Part shown: positions 5,746-13,594 of the stretch, piece by piece | Layout of the letters: every line of letters starts with the position of its first letter | Position numbering within the stretch: position 1 is the stretch's first letter | Virus record (IMG/VR): IMGVR_UViG_3300020045_005287 | Coordinates: 1 to 24,414 of that record | Strand: one strand, 5' to 3' | Source: a virus | Taxonomy: Duplodnaviria > Caudoviricetes | Length of the DNA stretch: 24,414 nucleotides | The notes under the pieces: model-generated | What the model was told of the DNA's origin: nothing | The model's input: the letters and a program-made list of their open reading frames with translations, nothing else | The model's database searches: none | Program-made: the position numbers and the translations under genes

Positions 5746-7132
5746 TATCGTATTACTAGAATTATTTAGTGGAATTGGTGGTTTCGCTAAAGGTTTGGAA
5801 GATGGTGGTTTTAAAATAAACACTCATTATTTTTCAGAAATAGATAAACATGCAATTGCAAATTATAAATACAATTTTAAAAACTCAAAATATGTTGGAT
5901 CAGTTGTCGATGTTCGAGGAAGAAGCCTTGAACGACCAAATATTATCACTTTCGGAAGCCCTTGCCAAGATTTCTCAGTGGCTGGAAAAGGAAAAGGGAT
6001 GGACGGAGAAAGAAGTTCTCTTATCCTCGAAGCAATTCGCCTGGTTGACGAGTGCCGACCAGACGTTTTTATCTGGGAAAATGTTAAAGGAGCTTTCTCC
6101 TCAAATGATGGCGCAGACTTTTGGGCAATTATCAAAGCCTTTACCAACATTGGGGGTTATCGACTTGAATGGCAATTGTGTAACACAAGTTGGTTTTTAC
6201 CCCAAAATAGAGAGCGGATATACCTTGTCGGACATCTTGCAGGAAGAAGTGAACTCGGAGTATTTCCTTTCACAAAAAATGGTGGATTATTTAATGGTTC
6301 GAAAGGATCAGAAACAAGACAATCACAAACCCAAAATAGTACAACACTATCCGCAGGAACAGCTCCTGGAATGAAAGCGAGTGATACGTTTGTTGAAGTT
6401 CAAAAAATTGCAGGATGTTTAACTGGAGGTGGACATAGTGGTGGCTTGCATAGTGATATGACTACTATTAAAGTAAAACCAGTTCAATTAGGTAAATCAG
6501 ATAATTATTCAGAAACATCAAATTTAATTGGAGATAATAATCAAGATGCATTTTGTTTAAGAGCTACTCAATCTAATGGAGTAATGGTAAATTCCAACAC
6601 CAAAAAAGGCTTTGATATTGCCAATGAAGGTGATTCCATAAATCTTTCCAATCCGAATTCCGAGACGAGACGTGGACGTGTAGGTGTAGGTGTAGCACAA
6701 ACATTAGACACCCAATGTAATCAAGCCGTTGTAAAATCGGTAGCAACTCCAGATAGAAAAGAAAAAAAACAGAATGGCAGCAGATTTAAAGAAAATGAAT
6801 CATTTACGCTTTGTTCTCAAGATCAACACGGAGTTCAAATAAATGATTCAGTTCGTAGATTAACAGAAATCGAATGCGAACGCTTGCAAGGATTTCCGGA
6901 TGATTGGACCAAGTTTGGATTTTACTTAAAACCAAGTGTGCAAAAGTACATTTATGGTAGTAAAAAAAGATGGCGAACAGCAAAAGCATTGCACAATTTA
7001 TTTGTTTTTGCCGTAAACAACACCACTTTGATTGAAAAGGAAATTGGAAAAACAAATCGTTACAAAATGTGTGGAAATGCCGTAACCACGGATTTACCCA
7101 GAGAAATAGCCAAACGATTAAAAATAACCTGA
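5735..7132 (+). CDS. DNA (cytosine-5)-methyltransferase
   Basis: Motifs I ELFSGIGG, IV GSPCQDFS, VI WENVKG, VIII QNRERIY, IX RRLTEIECERLQGFPD and X GNAV. ATG at 5735 is preferred. Confidence 0.95.
   Translation: MESDIVLLELFSGIGGFAKGLEDGGFKINTHYFSEIDKHAIANYKYNFKNSKYVGSVVDVRGRSLERPNIITFGSPCQDFSVAGKGKGMDGERSSLILEAIRLVDECRPDVFIWENVKGAFSSNDGADFWAIIKAFTNIGGYRLEWQLCNTSWFLPQNRERIYLVGHLAGRSELGVFPFTKNGGLFNGSKGSETRQSQTQNSTTLSAGTAPGMKASDTFVEVQKIAGCLTGGGHSGGLHSDMTTIKVKPVQLGKSDNYSETSNLIGDNNQDAFCLRATQSNGVMVNSNTKKGFDIANEGDSINLSNPNSETRRGRVGVGVAQTLDTQCNQAVVKSVATPDRKEKKQNGSRFKENESFTLCSQDQHGVQINDSVRRLTEIECERLQGFPDDWTKFGFYLKPSVQKYIYGSKKRWRTAKALHNLFVFAVNNTTLIEKEIGKTNRYKMCGNAVTTDLPREIAKRLKIT
5892..6374 (+). CDS. 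Overlapping alternative-frame ORF inside the MTase (M.EcoHK31I beta-polypeptide-like)
   Basis: Stop-free frame of about 160 codons in AT-rich DNA, containing TLSDILQEEVNSEYFLSQK; begins MLDQLSMF. Confidence 0.55.
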   Translation: MLDQLSMFEEEALNDQILSLSEALAKISQWLEKEKGWTEKEVLLSSKQFAWLTSADQTFLSGKMLKELSPQMMAQTFGQLSKPLPTLGVIDLNGNCVTQVGFYPKIESGYTLSDILQEEVNSEYFLSQKMVDYLMVRKDQKQDNHKPKIVQHYPQEQLLE

Positions 7133-7410
7133 TGAACCAACTCAACCTTTTCGATGAATACGAAATAGACCAGAAAAACGAGAAACTTTCAAAAGCTGCC
7201 GATGCTATATTGGCAGCCTTGAATGATGGTCAAAAATTGAAATATGAACCTCATTACTACTTTCAGGAAGGGAATTATATCGTGTTGATGGCCGTGAACA
7301 AAAACAAAGAATCCGTTTTCAATATTCTGGATTTGGATGGAAAGGTACCCAACGGTTTTTCGGCTTGTTGGCGGAATTTACAACACATCAAACAAGATTT
7401 AAAAAATTAA
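7132..7410 (+). CDS. Hypothetical protein with an N-terminal QLNLF clamp-binding-like motif
   Basis: TGATG overlap with the MTase stop; reads MNQLNLFDEY. Confidence 0.75.
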   Translation: MNQLNLFDEYEIDQKNEKLSKAADAILAALNDGQKLKYEPHYYFQEGNYIVLMAVNKNKESVFNILDLDGKVPNGFSACWRNLQHIKQDLKN

Positions 7411-7429
7411 AACAATTAAACAACAAATT

Positions 7430-8542
7430 ATGAAAATCACATTAAGCAGCGGGGAATTATCGAAGAAACTCAATTTTTTGGGAGGTGTAATCGCACCCAA
7501 CAACACAATGCCAATTCTGGACAATTTCCTTTTTGATATTGAAAACAAACAATTGAAAATAACATCATCAGATCTCGAAACCACGATGTCCACCACGATG
7601 GACGTGGATTTTGAGGGCAAAGCAACCGTGGCGATACCGGCCAGACTTTTGATAGAGATTTTGAAAACATTCTCTGAACAACCTTTGGTTTTCACGATTC
7701 AGGAAAACAACACCATCGAAATCAGTTCGAATACAGGACAATATGAAATTGCTTATTTCCTTGGTGAAGAATATCCAAAATCCATCGTGTTGAAAAATCC
7801 ATCATCCACGCTTATACCGTCCAAAATATTAGCCAATGCGATTGGAAAAACGCTTTTTGCCACAAACAACGACGATTTGAGACCGGCAATGAACGGTGTT
7901 TATTTTCAGCTATCGACTGAAAGCATCATTTTTACGGCCACCGATGCACACAAGTTGGTTAAATATTCCAGAACGGACGTGAAAGCCACTGAAGAATCCA
8001 GCTTCATTATGCCAAAGAAACCTTTGGGTGTTTTGAAAGGCATATTAAGCACCTTGGATGAAGAAGTGAAAATTGAATTCAATGAGTCGAATGCGGTGTT
8101 TTCTTTTGGAAATTACATCATTTCGTGCCGCTTGATTGATGCCAAATATCCCAATTATGAGGCGGTTATCCCAAAAGACAATCCAAGCAAATTGATCATC
8201 GACAGAACTTCTTTTTTACAATCTGTAAAGCGTGTGGCAACTTTTTCGAACAAAACCACGCACCAAATCCTTTTGAAAGTGGCGGGAACGGAACTGAACA
8301 TTTTTGCTGAAGATGTGGACTATTCCAACAAAGCCGATGAACGCCTGACCTGTAATTTTCAGGGTGAAGATATCAAGATAGGTTTCAATTCCCGTTTCCT
8401 GTCTGAAATGCTGGGCGTTTTTCAGTGCAACACGATTGAAATGGAATTGTCATCGCCAATGCGTGCCGGAATCCTGAAAGCCGTGGACGGTCTGGAAGAA
8501 GGCGAAGAAATCCTGATGCTGGTAATGCCGGTAAAAATATAA
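7430..8542 (+). CDS. dnaN: DNA polymerase III beta subunit (sliding clamp), phage-borne copy
   Basis: 370 aa with PILDNFLF, SDLETTM, DDLRPAMNGV, ATDAHKL, RLIDAKYPNYEAVIP, IGFNSRFL and terminal LVMPV. Confidence 0.97.
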   Translation: MKITLSSGELSKKLNFLGGVIAPNNTMPILDNFLFDIENKQLKITSSDLETTMSTTMDVDFEGKATVAIPARLLIEILKTFSEQPLVFTIQENNTIEISSNTGQYEIAYFLGEEYPKSIVLKNPSSTLIPSKILANAIGKTLFATNNDDLRPAMNGVYFQLSTESIIFTATDAHKLVKYSRTDVKATEESSFIMPKKPLGVLKGILSTLDEEVKIEFNESNAVFSFGNYIISCRLIDAKYPNYEAVIPKDNPSKLIIDRTSFLQSVKRVATFSNKTTHQILLKVAGTELNIFAEDVDYSNKADERLTCNFQGEDIKIGFNSRFLSEMLGVFQCNTIEMELSSPMRAGILKAVDGLEEGEEILMLVMPVKI

Positions 8543-8562
8543 ACTCATTAAAAAGTTGCCGT

Positions 8563-8769
8563 ATGTCAAATGAAATATCAGTAATCCAAAAGCAAAGGAT
8601 ATTGGAATTATTCTTTTGTTCCGATGACAGAAGATTGCGAGTTATAGGCGAAACATTGGGCGTGTCGGAAAGCACGGTTTCGAAAGTGGTTCAAGACTAT
8701 TTCGACAAGAGAATAAAGTTTGATCGCGGCAACTTTTTGATTTATCATTCAGAATTAAATAATTTTTAA
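8563..8769 (+). CDS. Small HTH DNA-binding protein
   Basis: LRVIGETLGVSESTVSKVV is an HTH pattern. Confidence 0.75.
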   Translation: MSNEISVIQKQRILELFFCSDDRRLRVIGETLGVSESTVSKVVQDYFDKRIKFDRGNFLIYHSELNNF

Positions 8770-8778
8770 AAATAAGTT

Positions 8779-8997
8779 ATGGCAAAGAAAAAAACTTACA
8801 CACAAAAAATAGCCGAAAAACTGCAACCAATGGAAGTTGGTGAAAGTTTTCCAAAGAAACCGTTTTTGAAAGCAACTTGGGGTGATGATGATTATTTCAC
8901 GGACAGAACCTTCTCGGTATCATTCGCAAAGGCAAAAAAACTGATGCCGGACAAACTTTTTCAAACGATTGACGGTAACATAACCCGAATTGAATAA
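8779..8997 (+). CDS. Hypothetical protein (possible DNA-binding)
   Basis: 72-aa basic protein within the operon. Confidence 0.75.
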   Translation: MAKKKTYTQKIAEKLQPMEVGESFPKKPFLKATWGDDDYFTDRTFSVSFAKAKKLMPDKLFQTIDGNITRIE

Positions 8998-9113
8998 TGA
9001 ACCGAAAAGAATACAATAACCTCGAAAAACTCTACTCCAAAGCCAATAAAATACTGATGATACAAGTGGTTTCAATCATTGGATTCTGGATTTGGGTACT
9101 AAAACAAATTTAA
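8997..9113 (+). CDS. Small putative membrane protein (38 aa; not in the ORF track)
   Basis: TAATG overlap. MNRKEYNNLEKLYSKANKILMIQVVSIIGFWIWVLKQI fills the gap exactly and has a hydrophobic C-terminus. Confidence 0.6.
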   Translation: MNRKEYNNLEKLYSKANKILMIQVVSIIGFWIWVLKQI

Positions 9114-9114
9114 A

Positions 9115-9591
9115 ATGAAAGCACTATCGATCAAGCAGCCTTATGCTCAATTAATAACTGAAGGAATTAAGCCAATTGAAAACAGGTCATTTAGAACTCA
9201 TTTCCGTGGTAGAGTTTACATTCACGCATCAGCGCAATGGCACGACAGATTAAAAACGAATTCTTTATTCACTAAAGAACAATGGGAAAGTATCCACAAA
9301 AATAACCTAGACAAGAATATAAACTTGAATATGTACAGATACCTTCAAAAAGACGTAGTAACCGATAAATTATTGGTTTCTGCCATCATCGGAGAAGTCG
9401 ATATTATTGATTGTGTTCAAGATCATCCGAGTATTTGGGCAGAAAAGGCTCCAAAAGATGATCCAGAAAATTTTATGTTTTATGCTCCAATCTGGAACTG
9501 GGTACTCGCCAATCCTGTACTTTACGACAAACCAATCTTAAATGTAAAAGGAAAACTTTCGTTTTGGGAATATGAATCTTTAAATAATTGA
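9115..9591 (+). CDS. ASCH domain protein
   Basis: MKALSIKQPYAQLI..GIKPIENR...RGRVYIHAS...AIIGEV.I.DC...W.LANP...VKGKLSFW. Confidence 0.92.
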   Translation: MKALSIKQPYAQLITEGIKPIENRSFRTHFRGRVYIHASAQWHDRLKTNSLFTKEQWESIHKNNLDKNINLNMYRYLQKDVVTDKLLVSAIIGEVDIIDCVQDHPSIWAEKAPKDDPENFMFYAPIWNWVLANPVLYDKPILNVKGKLSFWEYESLNN

Positions 9592-10040
9592 TTATGAGAA
9601 AGTTAAAAGGAATGACTGATTTTGTTTTGAAGCAATGGGAAGGCGTTGGTAATATTTATCCATTCAAAGAAATGTGTGTGAGGCTTTACGATTATGCCAA
9701 CTTTTTTAAACAACCCTTGGAAATATGGATGTTTGTGCCTTGCAAATTGGTTAAAGGTGTTTGGGTTGTTTTGGATGAACCAAGTCATTATTTGTTATGG
9801 ACAATGGGAATTGCTCCAGATGATACACAAATGAATGAATGTCAGGAATACCAAGAAGCAAAAGATCGTGTTTTGTTTGAAGGATTTGAATTCAAAGGAG
9901 AATCTGATTTCAGTTGGATATTTAAACATAATGGATTGTTCCCTGTGATGATTGCTAAAAGGAATGTTGAATATTTAACGGTTATTTTAAAACGTGAAAT
10001 TACATTAACGCCAACCGCCCAAAAACAACTTGGATTATGA
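9588..10040 (+). CDS. Hypothetical phage protein
   Basis: 150 aa; MTDFVL...YANF.KQPL..WMFVPC...EYQEAKDRVLFEGF, a pattern I recall from flavobacterial phages. The start may be ATG 9594. Confidence 0.8.
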   Translation: MIMRKLKGMTDFVLKQWEGVGNIYPFKEMCVRLYDYANFFKQPLEIWMFVPCKLVKGVWVVLDEPSHYLLWTMGIAPDDTQMNECQEYQEAKDRVLFEGFEFKGESDFSWIFKHNGLFPVMIAKRNVEYLTVILKREITLTPTAQKQLGL

Positions 10041-10255
10041 AAAATGAACTAACTGAAGATGATATTCATTTTATCAAAAACGTGATAATGGAATCAAAAG
10101 GCGCTGGTCAATTGGTTGAAACTAAATCTGGCAAAACTGGAAGAACATACAACAACGAAAATTTGATAAATGGTAAATATCAAGTTCATTGTACCGATGG
10201 TTCAAAATTACTATGCAGTCCAGAAAATTTAACTCTAAAAGGATTTATTGACTAA
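10037..10255 (+). CDS. Hypothetical protein
   Basis: 72 aa; ATGA overlap. Confidence 0.75.
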   Translation: MKNELTEDDIHFIKNVIMESKGAGQLVETKSGKTGRTYNNENLINGKYQVHCTDGSKLLCSPENLTLKGFID

Positions 10256-10267
10256 AAAATTTAAACT

Positions 10268-10570
10268 ATGAGCCAACCAATCGATTTCTGGAACCATAAG
10301 TTAAATCCAATAACAATGCTTCCGGTACCAATAGAAAATAAAGCAGATGTGTCAAGGTATTCGAAAAAAGGGGCGTATGTCAACAAAGAAGACCACGACA
10401 CGGTAATTGAAGTAACTGAATTGCGGAAAGAGTTTGGGATGTCATCCAAGGCCATTGCAAAATTATTCAAGTCCGTTGGCTCAAAACCACGATACAAAGG
10501 AGCAATAACCTGCTATGATGCCGAAAGCGTTAAGAAAGTTAGAGAACTTAAAAAAGACCAACAACTATGA
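10268..10570 (+). CDS. Hypothetical protein (possible HTH)
   Basis: 100 aa; ELRKEFGMSSKAIAKLF is HTH-like. Confidence 0.72.
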   Translation: MSQPIDFWNHKLNPITMLPVPIENKADVSRYSKKGAYVNKEDHDTVIEVTELRKEFGMSSKAIAKLFKSVGSKPRYKGAITCYDAESVKKVRELKKDQQL

Positions 10571-10797
10571 GCAAAGACATCAAAAAAACTCAAAAAGTAA
10601 TCCTGTTTCCAGAAGATCCGGAAATAAACAAGGAAGCAAACCAAGAAGTGGTGATTTCAGAAAAAGGTACCCAAATCAGTATTATGCACGATGGAGAATC
10701 AATCTGGATGAGTGTCGAAAATTTCATCAAGTTTGCGGAACTGATTGATTCGGCTTTCAGTGAATTGTGTGTTAAAAACTATAAGAGATTGCTGTAA
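10567..10797 (+). CDS. Hypothetical protein
   Basis: 76 aa; ATGA overlap. Confidence 0.7.
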   Translation: MSKDIKKTQKVILFPEDPEINKEANQEVVISEKGTQISIMHDGESIWMSVENFIKFAELIDSAFSELCVKNYKRLL

Positions 10798-10848
10798 AAT
10801 AAAACGAAAATTTTTTCGCTTTTTAATTAGAACATCTCCAAATTTGTT

Positions 10849-10856
10849 TATATTTG
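10849..10856 (+). promoter_or_regulatory. Bacteroidota -7 promoter box TATATTTG
   Basis: Matches the TAnnTTTG consensus in the 150-bp intergenic gap upstream of the RuvC-like gene and tRNA; no clear -33 TTTG. Confidence 0.5.
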
Positions 10857-10947
10857 TAACTCAAGTATTGCTTAATACTACCAATTTTTCACAAGTCCTA
10901 ACGAACCTCGATAGGCACGATATTTCAAAAATTACCTTTTACCGAAC

Positions 10948-11385
10948 TTGAAAAAAGTATTAATTGGAATTGATCCTGATACGGAAAAATCAGGCTTTGC
11001 CTTAAAATTTGGCAAAGAAATACAGCTCAAAAATTTGACCTTTTTCGAACTTTTTGAAACACTTTCTTTTATAAAACACAATCCAGATTATTCCGGCATT
11101 GAAATTATGGTTTATGTGGAATGCGGCTTTCTCAATGGTGGTAATCGACACTTTCAAGCAGCATCTTCCACGGCATACAACGGAAAAATAAGCGAACGTG
11201 TTGGAGCAAATCACGAGATAGCCAAAAAGATATGTGAAATGTGCGAATTTCTAAAATTGTCATTCACACAAGTAAGGCCAACCAAGTCCAAAACAGATTC
11301 CAATTTTTTCAAACAAATTACCAAAATCACAGACCGAACCAATCAAGAACAACGTGATGCCGCAATGTTGGTTTGGGGATTATAA
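10948..11385 (+). CDS. RuvC-like/RNase H-fold nuclease (putative Holliday junction resolvase)
   Basis: LIGIDPD..SG, VYVE and C-terminal NQEQRDAAML acidic motifs; TTG start. Confidence 0.75.
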   Translation: MKKVLIGIDPDTEKSGFALKFGKEIQLKNLTFFELFETLSFIKHNPDYSGIEIMVYVECGFLNGGNRHFQAASSTAYNGKISERVGANHEIAKKICEMCEFLKLSFTQVRPTKSKTDSNFFKQITKITDRTNQEQRDAAMLVWGL

Positions 11386-11391
11386 TAAAAT

Positions 11392-11464
11392 CGTGAGGTA
11401 GAGCAGTTGGCAGCTCGATAGGCTCATAACCTATAGGTCGCAGGTTCGAATCCTGCCCTCGCAA
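11392..11464 (+). tRNA. tRNA-Met(CAT), initiator (fMet)-type
   Basis: Cloverleaf: acceptor CGTGAGG/CCTCGCA with C1:A72 mismatch, D-stem GAGC/GCTC, anticodon stem ATAGG/CCTAT with loop CTCATAA, T-arm GCAGG-TTCGAAT-CCTGC. CCA is not encoded. Confidence 0.93.
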
Positions 11465-11650
11465 CAAAAACCAAGAAAAGTAGCCATCGAAAGCAAGTAT
11501 TGTGAATTACGTAATAAGCAATGTTTGTTTCTTAATTGCAAGTAGGATAGATGGTGAAAATGTGAGACGGCCGGTAATAATTAAATACTGGCAAAAAAAG
11601 AATCGGCTGCGATAACATCAAAGCCGATTTAATAAAACCAAGATAACACT

Positions 11651-11926
11651 ATGACAAAAATAATATTTCATCTGATAAAGTTTATAATCATCGGTTGCGT
11701 GATAGTTTTTGGATTGGAATTTTATGATCAATCAAAACCTATTTACCTGCAAAGTATTGTTTTTTGGATATTGGTATTTATTCCTTGTACTGGAGCTTAT
11801 GAATATTTCTGGGTGATAATAATAAAAAAAGTGTTTGCCAAATACATTGATAAACAAAACGCTCCAGAAAAACCAAAGAAAAGGTTTCAAGACAAACTTG
11901 ATGAAATAATGAATCAAACTAAATAA
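11651..11926 (+). CDS. Hypothetical membrane protein (two TM segments)
   Basis: Two hydrophobic stretches followed by a charged C-terminus. Confidence 0.75.
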   Translation: MTKIIFHLIKFIIIGCVIVFGLEFYDQSKPIYLQSIVFWILVFIPCTGAYEYFWVIIIKKVFAKYIDKQNAPEKPKKRFQDKLDEIMNQTK

Positions 11927-11928
11927 AT

Positions 11929-12303
11929 ATGATTAGAATCGAGAATAACCAGTTTTACATCAAAGGCGTAACAACCACCAACCCCGAATTAATTGGACTG
12001 GCTATTTTGGACTTTATCGAAAACGATGGCAAGGAGATTCCTGTAAATAAAAAAGCAGCCAAAAACAAAGCTTTGTCAAAAGACAAGTATTTTGAATACC
12101 TGTCACAAAACAAACTATCCATAACCAGGGAAAGAAAACTATTGATTGATTTGTTTCTGAACATAAAAGATTTTGAACCTATCAATTTGATAAAAAAAGC
12201 ATTGAATCACAAGATAACACCGGCCACCTGCTACAATTTCATTCAAACCTGCGTTGATGCCGAGATACTGGAAATTCAACCTAAAAAATACATTTTCAAA
12301 TGA
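11929..12303 (+). CDS. Protein with a C-terminal Fur-like winged-helix DNA-binding domain
   Basis: FEYLSQNKLSITRERKLLIDLF...ITPATCYNFIQTCVDAEILE parallels the Fur pattern L...GLR.T.QR..IL...S.ATVY..L..L...G. Confidence 0.65.
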   Translation: MIRIENNQFYIKGVTTTNPELIGLAILDFIENDGKEIPVNKKAAKNKALSKDKYFEYLSQNKLSITRERKLLIDLFLNIKDFEPINLIKKALNHKITPATCYNFIQTCVDAEILEIQPKKYIFK

Positions 12304-12452
12304 CGACATACACCGAACAGGAGCTGGAACTCATAAAACTCAAAGCCATTCAAGATTATTTATTGACCCGTGGACACAATGACGAGAAAATAAATGATAA
12401 AATACGGAAAATAGAGAATCCAAGACAAAATTTTCCAAAATCAACATCGTAG
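12300..12452 (+). CDS. Small hypothetical protein (50 aa; not in the ORF track)
   Basis: ATGA overlap; reads MTTYTEQELELIKLKAIQDYLLTRG...STS then stop. Confidence 0.6.
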   Translation: MTTYTEQELELIKLKAIQDYLLTRGHNDEKINDKIRKIENPRQNFPKSTS

Positions 12453-12513
12453 CATTTACAAGGGTTGAGTTAACTTTCTTCACACGCTGGAGACAAAAAA
12501 ATAAATAAAAATT

Positions 12514-13059
12514 ATGAAAGCATTTTTAGATATCGAAACAGGTGGCTTCAGTATCACCAAAAACGGAATTTGTGAAATCGCATTAACTGTGGTTGACGAA
12601 GAATACAAAGTAGTGGATACTTTCCATTCCTTGATTAAGCCTTATACAAGATTAGACGAAAACGGAAATCCATCTGAAGAATTAGTAAGTTACAAAGATG
12701 ATGCAATGGACGTAAATGGATTAACCGTTGAAAGATTGATTGAAGAAGGATTGGAAGTTGAAGAAGTTGTTGCCAATTTAATTGATTTCATCTGCTTGAA
12801 TAAAGTAAAAACAATCATTGGTCACAACTCAAATGCTTTTGATATTCCAAGAGTTGACTATTTATTAAAACGTTTTTCGAATGGATCTCTTAACGGTTCA
12901 AATACCGAAGACACAATGAAAATAGCCAAAGAGAAATTAAAACTACCATCGTACAAATTAGAATCTCTTTGCGCTCACTTTGGAATTGTAATAACGGACC
13001 AACACACGGCCAAAGGTGACGTGATGGCAACAATAGAATTGTATCAAAAATTGATTTAA
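12514..13059 (+). CDS. DEDDh 3'-5' exonuclease (DnaQ/Pol III epsilon-like)
   Basis: ExoI FLDIETGG, ExoII IGHNSNAFDI, ExoIII HTAKGDV. Confidence 0.93.
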   Translation: MKAFLDIETGGFSITKNGICEIALTVVDEEYKVVDTFHSLIKPYTRLDENGNPSEELVSYKDDAMDVNGLTVERLIEEGLEVEEVVANLIDFICLNKVKTIIGHNSNAFDIPRVDYLLKRFSNGSLNGSNTEDTMKIAKEKLKLPSYKLESLCAHFGIVITDQHTAKGDVMATIELYQKLI

Positions 13060-13060
13060 T

Positions 13061-13594
13061 ATGAAGTCAAACAACCTCACCATAAAACAAGAAGCATTCT
13101 GCCAAGCGTACATCCGTTTGGGAGATAAATCAGCGGCTTATCGTGAGGCTTATTCGACTTCAAGAATGAAAAATGAGACGGTTAACAACAACGCTTATAA
13201 GTTATTACTAAACAACGAGATTACAACGAGGATTGACTTTTTGCGTGACGATATGCAAAAAAGAAACAAAGTCGAAATTGATGAGCTTCTTATTGCTTTG
13301 GCCGGAATGGTTCGATTTGATGTTGCTGAATTGTACAATGAAAATGGATCATTGAAAAACATCCACGAAATGTCTTTATCGGCAAGGCAAATGATCACCC
13401 AATTAGACACCTTCGAAGCATACGATAAAAATGGCGACAAATTGGGAGAAACCAGAAAAATAAGAACCATTCCAAAATTAGATGCCATTGAAAAATTGAT
13501 GAAGCATTTGGGAGCATACGAAAAAGACAACCGACAAAAAGCAACAGTGGTAAAAACCAAGATCACTTGGGGTGGAAAGGAGATTGAAATATAA
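13061..13594 (+). CDS. terS: Terminase small subunit
   Basis: LTIKQEAFCQAYI.....SAAYREAY N-terminus and KLDAIEKLMKHLG; lies directly upstream of the large subunit. Confidence 0.93.
   Translation: MKSNNLTIKQEAFCQAYIRLGDKSAAYREAYSTSRMKNETVNNNAYKLLLNNEITTRIDFLRDDMQKRNKVEIDELLIALAGMVRFDVAELYNENGSLKNIHEMSLSARQMITQLDTFEAYDKNGDKLGETRKIRTIPKLDAIEKLMKHLGAYEKDNRQKATVVKTKITWGGKEIEI

Noticed and set aside
7430-8542. Chromosomal dnaN marking host sequence
   Set aside because: It is flanked on both sides by small co-oriented phage genes and no housekeeping neighbours are present.
10515-10951. Alternative + strand ORFs 10515-10748 and 10745-10951
   Set aside because: They overlap better-supported ATGA-coupled genes or the promoter-containing gap, and show no recognisable motifs.
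11651-11926. Holin call for the two-TM protein
   Set aside because: No endolysin is adjacent and it lies in the early/middle region, so hydrophobicity alone is insufficient.
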